Below, one piece after another: positions 17,966 through 28,280 of a DNA stretch of 53,938 bases. A program made the translations under genes and the position numbers. Position 1 is the first letter of the stretch, and the number at the start of each line of letters is the position of its first letter. The notes under the pieces are model-generated. The model was not told the origin of the DNA, did no database searches, and was given only the letters and a program-made list of their open reading frames with translations. Origin of the DNA: a virus (Duplodnaviria > Caudoviricetes); the IMG/VR virus record IMGVR_UViG_3300043353_000046, positions 1 to 53,938 of that record; one strand, 5' to 3'.

Positions 17966-18786
17966 ACCTCGTCAAAAATGTGGACGGTGAGTGGAGCACA
18001 GCGAAGGGACGGGTGCGTCAGGACCTGGACTCCATTCAGCGAGCCTACAACGCGCTGCAGGCGCAGTTCGATGCCCTCTACAAGCAGGTGAATACCGCCG
18101 CGCCCGTGCCAGCTGCGACCATCTCTGCGTCCAATCAGGTCACCGTGCCGACTGGGGATTTCCTGTCGGTGGTGGCGACGAATGGGGGACTCACTGGGAA
18201 CGGGACCGCTGCAGACCCGCTGATTGCAACAGGTGGAGGCGTCACCGTCGCGGCGGCCGGCGCCCTCAGCGGTGTCGGCACCCCAGCCTCGCCGCTGTCG
18301 GTCAATGTTGATGGCGTCACGATGTCTATCAACGGCTCGAATCAGCTGGTGGCCTCGGCAGGGTCCTCGTTGCCGGTGTTCTCGACCGTGGCGGCGATTA
18401 CGCCCAATGCGCTGATAAATTCGTTCACCACGCCGGTCACTCTGGTCGCGGCACCGGGTGCGGGGCTGTATCTGATGCCCCTGCAAGCGACGATTGTCAT
18501 TCGCAAGCCCGGCGCCTCATTCGAGATTGCGCCCAACCCCACCTATAGCTTTCTGTATAGCGGTGCAGGTGCGACCGGGTGGGCGAGTTCGATTGCCCCT
18601 GGGACGGGAAGCGCCTGGACCGAGTGGTTCTCGATGTTGACTATCAACCAGTTCACGGACTTTGCGAACATTCGGTCAAATCAGGGGCTGACTATTCGGG
18701 GGAACCTGAATGGGGGCGCGTGGTTCCCGAACACCGCAGGCATCACCATCAACATTGGGATTCTGTATACCGTGTACACGCTGTAG
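17962..18786 (+). CDS. Tail fibre / receptor-binding protein
   Basis: N-terminal coiled coil; two LxGxGT.A.PL repeats; C-terminal beta domain. Confidence 0.65.
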   Translation: MNLVKNVDGEWSTAKGRVRQDLDSIQRAYNALQAQFDALYKQVNTAAPVPAATISASNQVTVPTGDFLSVVATNGGLTGNGTAADPLIATGGGVTVAAAGALSGVGTPASPLSVNVDGVTMSINGSNQLVASAGSSLPVFSTVAAITPNALINSFTTPVTLVAAPGAGLYLMPLQATIVIRKPGASFEIAPNPTYSFLYSGAGATGWASSIAPGTGSAWTEWFSMLTINQFTDFANIRSNQGLTIRGNLNGGAWFPNTAGITINIGILYTVYTL

Positions 18787-18815
18787 TGGCAAAAACTGCC
18801 CTATTACGATACACT
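18787..18815 (+). promoter_or_regulatory. Putative promoter for the ejection-protein operon
   Basis: TGGCAA-N17-TACACT, followed by a GAAGGTCC/GGACCTTC hairpin. Confidence 0.4.
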
Positions 18816-18872
18816 TAGAAGGTCCCTCAGTGGACCTTCCGCCCGCCAGCGTCAAAGGCTAGAAGGTCACCT

Positions 18873-19868
18873 ATGACGAGCAATACCTACGAGGACTCTC
18901 CCGACGACAATCAGACGGGTACCAAGAAGCCCCAAGTGGAGCCGAACAAGGCACCCGACTATTCGGCCGCTGGCGGAGCTGCTCCTGCTGCGCCGGCCGC
19001 GACCTCGGGCATGCCGGCTGGCATGGACCCGGCGCTGTGGAATGTCTATAAGGATTCTGGCCTCACGCCGTCGAATGACAGCGGCACCGGGTTCGCAGAC
19101 TGGCAGTATTGGCAGAAGGTGGGACCGAGCCAGTACGACCGCCTGAAAGCCGACATCGCGGGCACCGGACGAGACCAGCCCACGGGTACCCCCGGTTCAG
19201 GCGTGTGGGCATCGAGCGGGCAGGGTGCGCCCGGTCAAGCAAACTTCGACAGCGGCTATGCCAACTCCCCGACTGGCGGGGGCGTGGGTGGGAATCTTGT
19301 GCAGGTGGGGGCGCCGGCCGCTGCCCAGACCGGCACGATTGGGTCCGTGGGCACGATGAATGGCGCCCTCGGCACGGGGGACGCGAATACCCTGTATGGC
19401 ACGCTACAGGCCCGAGCGGGACAGACGCTGAATGTGGACCCGAATGACCCGGTCATCAAGGCCCAGGTCGATGCGTATCGGGCGGAGCAGACGCGGGCAG
19501 CGCGCAACCTGATGAGCGAGCAGGCGGAGCGCGGCGGGACGAGTTCCAATCAGGACGCGAACCAGCGGAGCGCGACGGAGAAGGCGGCACAGGCCACCGC
19601 AGGCTTCCAGGGCACGCTCATGGCGAATGAAGTCGCGGCTCGCCGGCAGGAGATTCAGTCCGCGCTCGCAGGTGAGCAGGGGATTCTGACCGCGCAACAG
19701 CAGATGGCGCTGCAACAGGAACTCGCCAACCTCGATGTGAAGCTGCGGAGTTACCAGTTCGGCCAGTCGCAGAATCAGCAGGAGTCGCAGTTTGCGCGCA
19801 CGCTGGCCGAACGCGGCTTTGAGTTCGACACCAACTCGCAATTCCAGAACTCGCCGCTGGGGAGCTAA
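18873..19868 (+). CDS. Internal virion (ejection) protein 1
   Basis: Gly/Ala/Gln-rich with coiled coil; position after tail genes. Confidence 0.65.
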   Translation: MTSNTYEDSPDDNQTGTKKPQVEPNKAPDYSAAGGAAPAAPAATSGMPAGMDPALWNVYKDSGLTPSNDSGTGFADWQYWQKVGPSQYDRLKADIAGTGRDQPTGTPGSGVWASSGQGAPGQANFDSGYANSPTGGGVGGNLVQVGAPAAAQTGTIGSVGTMNGALGTGDANTLYGTLQARAGQTLNVDPNDPVIKAQVDAYRAEQTRAARNLMSEQAERGGTSSNQDANQRSATEKAAQATAGFQGTLMANEVAARRQEIQSALAGEQGILTAQQQMALQQELANLDVKLRSYQFGQSQNQQESQFARTLAERGFEFDTNSQFQNSPLGS

Positions 19869-19870
19869 TC

Positions 19871-21085
19871 ATGGCAGACCAGCCGAATCTCGGCTATGAC
19901 AAGACGAACGCCGTCGACCTGGATACCTTCAATCAGTGGTTTCGGTCGCGACCGGAGTATTACGCCAAGCTCGCGGAGTTTGGACAGGACCCGAATAACG
20001 TCCATCTGAATGACCAGCAGAAGCAGCAGATGGTGGCGCTTGCGCAATCACTGGGCGCAGTGGTGGATGAGGGTGGGTCAGGTCAGGAAGTCGACGACTC
20101 GGGCAACTTCAGAAACAAAAGTCACAAGCTGAAGACGGGGCTCATCATCGCGGGTATCGCGGGTGCGGCGCTCGCGACGGCTGGCGCAGCGGGTCTGTTC
20201 GGTGGTGCTGCCGCTGGTGGTGCGGAAGGTGCGGCTGGCGCCGCTGGTCTCGGTGGAGTGGAGGCTGGCGCGACGGCAGGCTTGGGCGCTGCTGCACTCC
20301 CCGGTGCGGGAACCGCGCTCGGTGCTGCGGGGCTTGGTGGGGTGGAAGCAGGAGCGACCGCAGGGCTGGGAGCAATGGCGCTGCCGGGCGCTGGGACTGC
20401 GCTCGATGCGGGCACGGCGGCCAGCATTGCTGGTGCGGCGGGTGATGGCGCGTTTGACGCGACCGGAAACTTCATCGGCGAGTCCAGCATTCCAGGTGCC
20501 ACGGGGTCCTTCGATGCCGCAGACGCTGCTGCGACCGCCGCGGGCGGGTCCTCGCTCGGCAAGACGCTAGGCAAGTCCCTCGGGACCTTTGGTGACCTCG
20601 CTGGCAGCGTGGGGCAGGCGATTGGCAAGTCGAATACCGCGGCTGGTCAGAACCGACTGAATCAGGAAAATCTCGGGCTCAGTGCGAACGCACAGAACAT
20701 CACCGGACAGAGTGCGTTCGAACAAGAGCTGATGAACCGGGCGAAAGAGGAAGACGTCCAGCGTGGAAAAGCGCTGAAGGATGTCTATCGTTCCTCCTAC
20801 AACGCGAATCCCCGTGTGAGTCCGTTCGACCCGGCTGGAGCGCCGAAGTACTCCCCGCAGTATCTGTCGGTGGCACAGGCGCTCGCGGACCAGGGGCAAG
20901 GCACGCTGGCGAATTCGGCACAGTACGCGACGACCTCGATGCCGGCGCTGAAGCCCTACAACCCGATTGACCCGAAGGATGTCCAGGGCGCGACGAACAC
21001 GGAGCAGGGCACGGCGTCGAAGATTGCCGATTACCTCGGGCCGGGGCTGTCGACCGCTCAGCTCATCGCCAAGCTGTGGAAGTAA
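19871..21085 (+). CDS. Internal virion (ejection/pilot) protein 2 with Gly/Ala glycine-zipper region
   Basis: Hydrophobic GA-rich tract with a duplicated GLGGVEAGATAGLGA.ALPGAGTAL unit. Confidence 0.7.
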   Translation: MADQPNLGYDKTNAVDLDTFNQWFRSRPEYYAKLAEFGQDPNNVHLNDQQKQQMVALAQSLGAVVDEGGSGQEVDDSGNFRNKSHKLKTGLIIAGIAGAALATAGAAGLFGGAAAGGAEGAAGAAGLGGVEAGATAGLGAAALPGAGTALGAAGLGGVEAGATAGLGAMALPGAGTALDAGTAASIAGAAGDGAFDATGNFIGESSIPGATGSFDAADAAATAAGGSSLGKTLGKSLGTFGDLAGSVGQAIGKSNTAAGQNRLNQENLGLSANAQNITGQSAFEQELMNRAKEEDVQRGKALKDVYRSSYNANPRVSPFDPAGAPKYSPQYLSVAQALADQGQGTLANSAQYATTSMPALKPYNPIDPKDVQGATNTEQGTASKIADYLGPGLSTAQLIAKLWK

Positions 21086-21087
21086 TC

Positions 21088-22404
21088 ATGGAATACATGA
21101 GTCCCGGAGACGCGTTCTCGTCCAGCATTGCTAACACTCTGGCCTCTCGTGACCAGCAGGCGAGGCAGGCGCAGGAGTTCGCGCTAAAGCAGGCGGCTGA
21201 GGCGAGGCTGGCCAAGGTGCAGGAAGCGCAGATTGCCGAAGCGCAGGCCGCACTGGCGGAAAAGCGTCAGGAGCATCAGGCGGCGATTGACGACAAGGAG
21301 CGCAATGCGACGGTCAAGGATGTGAGTGGCATGGTGGCCGGCGACATTCCTGATTCAGACCTTATCGCACGCGCACAGAAGTACCACGTTCCGATTCGAA
21401 TGACCGCGATGGCTCCGCCACAAGGCGAGGCTCCGCCGCCCGCGTTGGCCGCGGACCCCACTGCCGACGCGCCGGTCAATCAGCCAGCTGGCACGGGGGT
21501 GTTGAAGAATGCCCCGCAGGCATTTGCGGGCACGCGTGCGGACGCAGAGAAGAAGAAGCTCGAAGACAAGGTCAACGAGATTCGCGACACCCTGAGCGGA
21601 GCGGACCCTGGGAGTCCCGAATACAAGAAAGCCATCCTCGACTACCAGATGGTCACGGGCAAGTCGATTCCTGCGGGGTTTGCGAAAGAGACGGGCGGCA
21701 CGGGCAATGTGGCTCGTGTGTCTCCCGACAAAGGCAAGGTCGAGGTCATGCGCAATGGTGCGTGGGTGACGGCGACCGAAGCCGACCTCGGGCCGGGCAC
21801 GCACTGGCTGAATGAACCCCCGCCGAAGGACAACACGGTTCATGACCTCGCCAAGCAGACGGCAGTCGGGCACGTCTATGACACGGCCATGAAGGAGCTG
21901 CTGGAGACCGAGAAGCCTATCAAGGGTCACATCGACGGCATCAACGGGCTGGGCTCGGTGCTCGCGCAACGGACACCGAGCGCGGATGCGCTGATTGCCC
22001 CGTTGGTCCTGAAAGCCACCGTCGCCGGCCAAGGTTCGGGCTTCCGTATGACCCGAGCGGAAATCGACAACGTGCTGCACTCGCGTTCGAAGTGGCAGGA
22101 CTTGGAAGTCGCCCTCAACAAGTGGAGCGCGAACCCGAAGGAAGCGCTGCAGGTCACCGACGAACAGCGCACCGACCTGCGGAATCTGGCGAAGGCGATT
22201 CGCATCAAAGCCAACGAGCAGATGCAGGTCATCACGAAGGCCCGGCACGACCTGGATGATGCGATGGAGGCCGGCGACTCGATGGCGATTCGTCGCCGCC
22301 GCACCAAGCTCGATGAAGACCTGCAGAAGATGAATGACGAGCCGGAAGTGAAAAACGATGACCTGCAGTCGCGTGCGGACGCGCTGCTGAAACGGAAGTC
22401 CTAA
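21088..22404 (+). CDS. Internal virion (ejection) protein 3
   Basis: Helical/coiled-coil; context. Confidence 0.65.
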   Translation: MEYMSPGDAFSSSIANTLASRDQQARQAQEFALKQAAEARLAKVQEAQIAEAQAALAEKRQEHQAAIDDKERNATVKDVSGMVAGDIPDSDLIARAQKYHVPIRMTAMAPPQGEAPPPALAADPTADAPVNQPAGTGVLKNAPQAFAGTRADAEKKKLEDKVNEIRDTLSGADPGSPEYKKAILDYQMVTGKSIPAGFAKETGGTGNVARVSPDKGKVEVMRNGAWVTATEADLGPGTHWLNEPPPKDNTVHDLAKQTAVGHVYDTAMKELLETEKPIKGHIDGINGLGSVLAQRTPSADALIAPLVLKATVAGQGSGFRMTRAEIDNVLHSRSKWQDLEVALNKWSANPKEALQVTDEQRTDLRNLAKAIRIKANEQMQVITKARHDLDDAMEAGDSMAIRRRRTKLDEDLQKMNDEPEVKNDDLQSRADALLKRKS

Positions 22405-24203
22405 TGCCGACGCCTCAACTGCTCGATTCGCATAAGTACGATGACAAGAGCGGAACCCCCTCGACTGGGTCGGATGCAGAACTGCGTGCGGTCGTGGTCG
22501 ACATGCTGAAGGCCGGGCACTCGGATGATGAGGTCCGCAAGTTCATCCAGAAGGTGGACGACCTGAAGGACCCCACGGGAGCGCGTATTGCCGGCGCCAT
22601 GTCGGGGATTGGTCCCGGTCTGCTGACCGGGCTGGTGGGCGTCCCCCTGATGGTCAAGGATGCGGTCCTCGACGGCATCAGCCTCCTGCAGGGTAAGGAC
22701 CCGGAGAATGCGAAAGCGTTCATGGACTCGGTGACGACCTTTCTACCGAAGTTGAAGGAAGCCGGCCCCCGCGAGCAAGCGAAGATGGTCAGTGAGCTGG
22801 CCACCAGCTTTGGGACGGGTGCGGCAATGGGCGGGGGGACGTTTGCCGCTCGGAAGCCTATCGCTAAAGCAATGGGCGCCACACTACAGGAAGCCGCCAC
22901 TCACCCTGGTGCGGTGCGTCTGGCCTCGGGTGGCGCGATGCTGCACGGCTTCTACAACGGCAGCCCGACTGAAATGGGCATGGGCCTCGCGGGCATGTCC
23001 GTGCCCGATGCGGTGGGGAGCATCGGTGAAAAGCTCTACAAGTATGGTGCTGACGGCGCCAAGTATGTCACCAAGAAGGAGCGCGCAGCCGCGCAGTCCG
23101 CTGTGGACGCGCAGCTCCCGAGTGGCGCCCGCAGCATTGATACGGGTCCGGTGAATGCGCTGTCGCTCGCGCCACCGACGTCGGGACCGCAAGGCACATC
23201 GAGGGTGCCGCAGACCGGGATGCCGGCGACGGCGAACAACCGTGTGCAGCGGACGATGGCGGATGAAGCTCGGTCGGAGTCTGCGGTGGCGGGTCGACAG
23301 GCCGCTCGGGCGAAATCCACCGAGAGCACGATTCCGGTGCCGGATGGGCTGTCGGATACCGAAGCCACGACCTTCCGTGAAGTGAAGGCGTCGAATCCGC
23401 AAATCCCCGACCGGGTCATCGTGCAGTCTATCAAAGGCACGAGCGCGCAACCAATTGCGAGTGCAGCTCCTGCGGGGCGACCGGCCATTCGTGTGGCGGA
23501 ACCGACGCCGGCCACTACTGCGCCTGTGGAGCGCCGAAAGGTGGTGGGCTCGAAAGCGCCGAAGCTCCAGGAGACGGCCGAAGGAACGGACTCGCTTGAG
23601 GAGCTGATGTCGGCCATGCATGGCGAGGACGCGGTGCTGCCGGGCAACGGGGGCGGTACGGCGGTCGCTGAACGCCCGGTTGTGGCTCCTGCGAAACGGG
23701 TACCGGCAAACTACATGACCGATACGGATGTCGCGAACATAGGTGAGCATGCAGCGGAGTTGGGTCACAAGACGCTGAACACGCTGGAAGCGGCCGGCGC
23801 GGATGTCCCGGCTGACGGTCTACGGAGCACGCAGGATATCGACCGGGTGGTGAAGCCGGCTGGGTCTCTCATGGACTCGCCCGCCTACAAGGAACTGCAG
23901 GAGTCGATTCGGAAGGCCAACACCCCGACGCCCACACCCTCGAACCTCCACATGGGGAGCGATGCGAGCCCGAATGACATGATGGCGGACATTCGTGTGC
24001 GCGCCCAGGGTGGTGGGGGTATTCGCATTGACGGCAGTCGTCCCGGTCAGCCTATCAGTCTGGTGAAGGGTGAGCCGCTTCCGCTCCCGGAAGACGCCGC
24101 CGCTGTGCTGAAATCCTATCTCGCGGAGAACCCTGACATCGACCCAGCGGTCGCTGAACAACACGTCCGAGATTTCATGGCCAAGATGGGGACTGACGAA
24201 TGA
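22404..24203 (+). CDS. Internal virion (ejection) protein 4
   Basis: 599 aa; Gly-rich hydrophobic segments followed by a disordered region. Confidence 0.6.
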   Translation: MPTPQLLDSHKYDDKSGTPSTGSDAELRAVVVDMLKAGHSDDEVRKFIQKVDDLKDPTGARIAGAMSGIGPGLLTGLVGVPLMVKDAVLDGISLLQGKDPENAKAFMDSVTTFLPKLKEAGPREQAKMVSELATSFGTGAAMGGGTFAARKPIAKAMGATLQEAATHPGAVRLASGGAMLHGFYNGSPTEMGMGLAGMSVPDAVGSIGEKLYKYGADGAKYVTKKERAAAQSAVDAQLPSGARSIDTGPVNALSLAPPTSGPQGTSRVPQTGMPATANNRVQRTMADEARSESAVAGRQAARAKSTESTIPVPDGLSDTEATTFREVKASNPQIPDRVIVQSIKGTSAQPIASAAPAGRPAIRVAEPTPATTAPVERRKVVGSKAPKLQETAEGTDSLEELMSAMHGEDAVLPGNGGGTAVAERPVVAPAKRVPANYMTDTDVANIGEHAAELGHKTLNTLEAAGADVPADGLRSTQDIDRVVKPAGSLMDSPAYKELQESIRKANTPTPTPSNLHMGSDASPNDMMADIRVRAQGGGGIRIDGSRPGQPISLVKGEPLPLPEDAAAVLKSYLAENPDIDPAVAEQHVRDFMAKMGTDE

Positions 24204-24475
24204 GCCGCAAGCTGACGACCATTCATCTGGCGGGGGACTCCACGCCCCGACCAGACCCCGGCTACGAACCCCGGTCACGAGCGTTCGACTGGATGCCCTT
24301 GCTACTGGCGGGTCTGGCGTTGCTCGGGCAGGTGTATATGGAAGCCACCCACAACGACAAGGCGAATGCGGTCGCTATCTCGCGGCTGGAGGGCCACCGC
24401 GAAGACGACAACCAGCGCCTCAACCGAATTGAAGATAAGGTCGACGAGGTCTTGCGTGCGCTGAGGACCAAGTGA
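24200..24475 (+). CDS. Putative holin
   Basis: One TM helix plus coiled coil; overlaps the endolysin start. Confidence 0.55.
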   Translation: MSRKLTTIHLAGDSTPRPDPGYEPRSRAFDWMPLLLAGLALLGQVYMEATHNDKANAVAISRLEGHREDDNQRLNRIEDKVDEVLRALRTK

Positions 24476-24885
24476 ACTTTCAGAAGCTCCGGGCCACCCT
24501 CGCGGATGCCGAGTTCGAAGCGCTGTCCCTCTACAAGGACACTACTGGGAACTGGACCATCGGCATAGGACACAACCTCACCGCCAAGGGCATCAGCAAA
24601 GGTGTCATGGAGATGATGTTTGCTGAGGACGTCCGAGAGGCCCAGGACACACTTACGAAATTGGTACCTGACTGGCGCCGGTTCAACGAGCCTCGCCAGA
24701 ACGCCCTGGTGGAGCTGGCCTTCAACATGGGGGGTAAGCTCGCCTCCTTCGCCCACATGCTCAGGGCGGTCAATTCTGACGACTGGGATAGGGCTGCAGA
24801 CGAACTGCAGGACTCCCTGTGGTTCCGGCAGGTCGGGAGGAGGGGTCCCCGGCTCGTGCGCACCCTCCGCACCGGCCAAGACTAA
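24472..24885 (+). CDS. Endolysin, T4-lysozyme-like (GH24)
   Basis: E-x8-D-x5-T triad (EFEALSLYKDTTGNWT), TIGIGH, AFNMG, SLWFRQVGRR. Confidence 0.9.
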   Translation: MNFQKLRATLADAEFEALSLYKDTTGNWTIGIGHNLTAKGISKGVMEMMFAEDVREAQDTLTKLVPDWRRFNEPRQNALVELAFNMGGKLASFAHMLRAVNSDDWDRAADELQDSLWFRQVGRRGPRLVRTLRTGQD

Positions 24886-24971
24886 CAGTTTCGTCACTGG
24901 GTACCGCTTACCCTCGCCAGTGGGTACCGACTGGCATCTGCGTTGCAACCCCTTCCTTTGGAGCCCCCAAT

Positions 24972-26138
24972 ATGTCCTCACGCAAGAAGTGTCCGAACGG
25001 CTGCGGCGGAGTGTGTGATTTGGCTGCCGCGCAGTGCGTGGGCTGCTACAAGCTCGGTCGGACGTTGAAGATTCCGCCCCCGGTATTGCTAGTGGCACCG
25101 AAGGCCAAGCCCGTCGTGGAGCCCCAGGTGCAGGTGGCCAACGACCGCGAACAGCAGAAGCTGAAGGGTAAGCTGACCGAAACCGAGGGCAAGTACAAGC
25201 AGGCGCTCAAGACGATTGAGGGTCTGGAGGCTATCAACGAGGCATTCACGGCCATCGCGGCCGGCCACGACAACACCCTGCAGATTGTCTCCCGAGAGGG
25301 CAGTGGGACGTCGGAAGCGACCCCCGTGGTCGTGGCGTCTGACTGGCACGCGGAAGAGATTGTGACCCTCGCGCAGGTGTCGGGGCTGAACGAAAACAAC
25401 CTCGATATCATGGACGCCAAAATCACCCGCTTCTTCCAGGCGACCGCCAAGCTCATTCAGAAGCACCTGAATCCCGGCGTCCACATCCATGACGTCGTGC
25501 TCGCGCTGCTGGGGGATTTCATCACCAACGACATTCACGAGGAACTGGTCGAGAGTGTGGCGCTCAAGCCGATGGAGGCCATCATCTGGGTGCAGGACCG
25601 GATGGTCGCGGGCATCAACTATCTGCTGAACAGCACGCCCTATAACTACACGGTCGTCACGCGAGTCGGCAACCACTCCCGCACGACCAAGAAGACCTAC
25701 TTCTCGCAGGAGAATGGCCACTCGCTGGAGCACCTGATGTATATGTTCCTGAAAAACAATTTTAGAAACGAGCCGCGCATCACCTTCCTGATTCAGGATG
25801 GCTACCACCTGTTCCTCGACGTGTACGACACGACCATTCGTTTCCATCATGGCCATGCGGTCAAGTACGGCGGAGGCGTGGGGGGTATCACCATCCCGAC
25901 CCTCAAGGCTATTGCGCAATGGGACGACGCCCGGCACGCAGACCTCGACGTCTTCGGCCACTTCCACCAGACGACCGGCAACCGCAAGTTCAAGTGCAAT
26001 GGCTCGCTCATCGGGTACAACAGCTTCGGGGTATCCATCAAGGGTACCTTCGAGCCACCCATGCAGTCGTTGTTCCTGGTGGATAAACGGAGAGGGGTCA
26101 CTTGCGACTGGCCCATAATCGTATCGGACCAACGGTGA
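24972..26138 (+). CDS. Calcineurin-like metallophosphoesterase with N-terminal Cys-rich finger and coiled coil
   Basis: SDWH, LGD, GNH, HHGH and GHFH motifs. Confidence 0.85.
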   Translation: MSSRKKCPNGCGGVCDLAAAQCVGCYKLGRTLKIPPPVLLVAPKAKPVVEPQVQVANDREQQKLKGKLTETEGKYKQALKTIEGLEAINEAFTAIAAGHDNTLQIVSREGSGTSEATPVVVASDWHAEEIVTLAQVSGLNENNLDIMDAKITRFFQATAKLIQKHLNPGVHIHDVVLALLGDFITNDIHEELVESVALKPMEAIIWVQDRMVAGINYLLNSTPYNYTVVTRVGNHSRTTKKTYFSQENGHSLEHLMYMFLKNNFRNEPRITFLIQDGYHLFLDVYDTTIRFHHGHAVKYGGGVGGITIPTLKAIAQWDDARHADLDVFGHFHQTTGNRKFKCNGSLIGYNSFGVSIKGTFEPPMQSLFLVDKRRGVTCDWPIIVSDQR

Positions 26139-26602
26139 GTAGGGGTACCCGTAACTCAGGACCTTGTCCGAAGTGCGGAGTGTGGAGGAGCACTCTGCAC
26201 CGGGACCATATCGTTCCGACGTGGGCCGATGGTCCCGACATACCGAGTAATTGGCAAGACCTGTGCGCCAACTGTCATGAGGACAAGACCTTCGCAGAGC
26301 GAAAAACACCGGAATATAAGGTCTACCACAGCGCACGGGTGAAAGCTCGAATGCTCTCTCCTGAAGCTCGCAAGCGCGTGTCTGATGGCGTGCGGGCCTC
26401 AAACCTACGTCGGGTTCAGACCGAGGGCATTCAGAAGCACTGGTTTCAGAAGGGCGTTCCTCGCCCGATGTTAGAAGCAACCCGTTTGAAAATTACGCAA
26501 GCGTTGACAGGTAAGAAAAAGACACCGGAGCACTGTGCGGCCATCAGCGCTGCAAAACGCCGGGCGTTCGCAAATCTCACTCATTCAAAAGGACACTCAT
26601 GA
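26135..26602 (+). CDS. HNH endonuclease with NUMOD3-like repeats
   Basis: CPKC..DHIVP..G.D..SNWQDLCANCHEDKT; SPEARKRVS and TPEHCAAIS repeats. Confidence 0.85.
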   Translation: MSRGTRNSGPCPKCGVWRSTLHRDHIVPTWADGPDIPSNWQDLCANCHEDKTFAERKTPEYKVYHSARVKARMLSPEARKRVSDGVRASNLRRVQTEGIQKHWFQKGVPRPMLEATRLKITQALTGKKKTPEHCAAISAAKRRAFANLTHSKGHS

Positions 26603-27429
26603 AGACACTGTTGCTCGCTCTGACGCTTCTGCTCTCCGCCACTCGGGTGTTCGCCCAGGCGGCCCCCGACATGATTCCACTCGCCTCCGTGCAGGTGGTG
26701 AACGCGCCTGACGTCAGTGGGTGGGCGTCGACCGCCGTCATCTCGCAGGTGGCGATTACCCCCAACAACACCGTCTTCACCTTCAGCAAGAACGTCGGCC
26801 CGAACGCATGGCCGAATGTGGTTCCGCCCGGCTGGGAAGGTCCTCTGCAGTACACGGTGTGGCTGTTCAGGAAGGTCAATGGCGCCTGGGTGGCCAGCGC
26901 ATTCATCCAGATGTGGCAGGACAGGAATGGCGTAGGGGACGCTCCCTCTGACTATTCGGTGAACTGGTATTACGCCCAGCGGTGGGCGCCCCTCTACGGC
27001 TCGGGTCCGCTTGTGCCCGGCGAGACGATTGGCTTCATGTTGACCAGCGGGAATCAGCGGGACAACACGGGTCCCAATACGGTGCAGGAGCGGTCGAATA
27101 TCGTGACCCTACCGACCACGGACAACGGGGTGTTCAACTTCCCGTCTGGACCGACCCCGCCCAGCCTGTGTGAGGACCCCAAGGCGACGAACTTCGGTCA
27201 ACCCTTGCCCTGCACCTATGCGCCCCCGCCGTCTGACCTGCAGGCGCAGGTGGACGCCCTGAAGGTGTCGGTGGCGGCACTCACCCAGCGAGTGAGCGAT
27301 GACGAGCAGGTGGCGAACACGGCGATTGCCAGCTTCAACACTCGTATTGCGGCTCTGGAAGCCCGCCCGGTCGTGACGTCGTGCAAGGCGAGCGTGTTTG
27401 GCATCCCGGTCAGCTGCTCGGTGCAATAG
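26599..27429 (+). CDS. Exported protein with Trp-rich beta domain and C-terminal coiled coil
   Basis: Signal peptide MKTLLLALTLLLSATRVFA-Q. Confidence 0.75.
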   Translation: MKTLLLALTLLLSATRVFAQAAPDMIPLASVQVVNAPDVSGWASTAVISQVAITPNNTVFTFSKNVGPNAWPNVVPPGWEGPLQYTVWLFRKVNGAWVASAFIQMWQDRNGVGDAPSDYSVNWYYAQRWAPLYGSGPLVPGETIGFMLTSGNQRDNTGPNTVQERSNIVTLPTTDNGVFNFPSGPTPPSLCEDPKATNFGQPLPCTYAPPPSDLQAQVDALKVSVAALTQRVSDDEQVANTAIASFNTRIAALEARPVVTSCKASVFGIPVSCSVQ

Positions 27430-27431
27430 CC

Positions 27432-27587
27432 ATGAAGCACATGGTCGCTTTTTTCTGGTCGCTGAACTTCTGGTTCTTCGTCGCGGTCAAGGCCGGGGGC
27501 ACCTCCTTCGCGGCGTGGTCCTGGTGGTGGCTACTCATCTCCATCGTGCCGAACCTGAGTCTGGTCGTCAAACACTTCGGCCTGTGA
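27432..27587 (+). CDS. Small membrane protein
   Basis: Two hydrophobic Trp/Phe-rich segments. Confidence 0.55.
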   Translation: MKHMVAFFWSLNFWFFVAVKAGGTSFAAWSWWWLLISIVPNLSLVVKHFGL

Positions 27588-27594
27588 GGACTGT

Positions 27595-28143
27595 ATGAAT
27601 GGCGCCTTTGAGTGGATTGGCTTCATCGCGGAATGGCTCGGGAGGTTTATTCCCCGGTGGGTCATCATCGAGACCACTCAAGGGGGCGTGAAGTTCAAGG
27701 GTGGAGACGACCCGGTCTATTGCGAACCCGGCATCTGCTGGTATTGGCCAATTCGCTCCACCATTGAGATTCACCCGATTGTCCGCCAGACAGACCGACT
27801 GGAGACCCAAACCATGGAGTCGAAGGACGGCATCACGTTCATCGTCAGCGGGACCATCACCTACACGATTAAGGACCTGATGGCCCTGGTCACGACGACT
27901 CATTCACCCCTGACGACCGTGGTGGATATTGCGATGTCTGCTATCCACGACATCTGCTGTGACTTCGAGTGGAAGGAGCTGCAGGCGGAACAGCGGAAGG
28001 GGACGCTGAAGACGAAGCTGCGGAACGAAGCCCAGAAGCAGTTGAAGGACTTCGGTATCGACGTCCTGATGCTGAAAACCAATTCGCTCGCCAGAGCCCG
28101 CGTGTTCAAAGTGGCTCAGAGCACCAGCAACGAGGAGAACTAA
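27595..28143 (+). CDS. SPFH/band-7 domain protein
   Basis: GGVKF..G...PG...WP; QTMESKDG; FGIDV motifs. Confidence 0.85.
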   Translation: MNGAFEWIGFIAEWLGRFIPRWVIIETTQGGVKFKGGDDPVYCEPGICWYWPIRSTIEIHPIVRQTDRLETQTMESKDGITFIVSGTITYTIKDLMALVTTTHSPLTTVVDIAMSAIHDICCDFEWKELQAEQRKGTLKTKLRNEAQKQLKDFGIDVLMLKTNSLARARVFKVAQSTSNEEN

Positions 28144-28280
28144 TGAGCTGCCCTGATTGCAATGATACCGGCCTCGTCTGTGCCAAGTGCCTCGAAGCAG
28201 ACGGCGATTGCACCTGCGACGACTTCGACGGCCCAGAGCTGATGCCGTGCGACAACTGCCCCGATGAGGAGGACGAGTAG
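28143..28280 (+). CDS. Acidic Cys-rich mini-protein (45 aa, 8 Cys)
   Basis: GAGGAG RBS; TAATG overlap. Confidence 0.65.
   Translation: MSCPDCNDTGLVCAKCLEADGDCTCDDFDGPELMPCDNCPDEEDE

Noticed and set aside
20230-20410. CRISPR-like or DGR-type repeat
   Set aside because: It is an in-frame Gly/Ala peptide duplication with divergent codons; no spacers, cas or reverse transcriptase anywhere in the window
25089-26480. Long antisense ORFs (also 8712-9500, 21355-22248, 42415-43602 and others)
   Set aside because: Shadow frames of GC3-rich genes that carry clear motifs on the opposite strand
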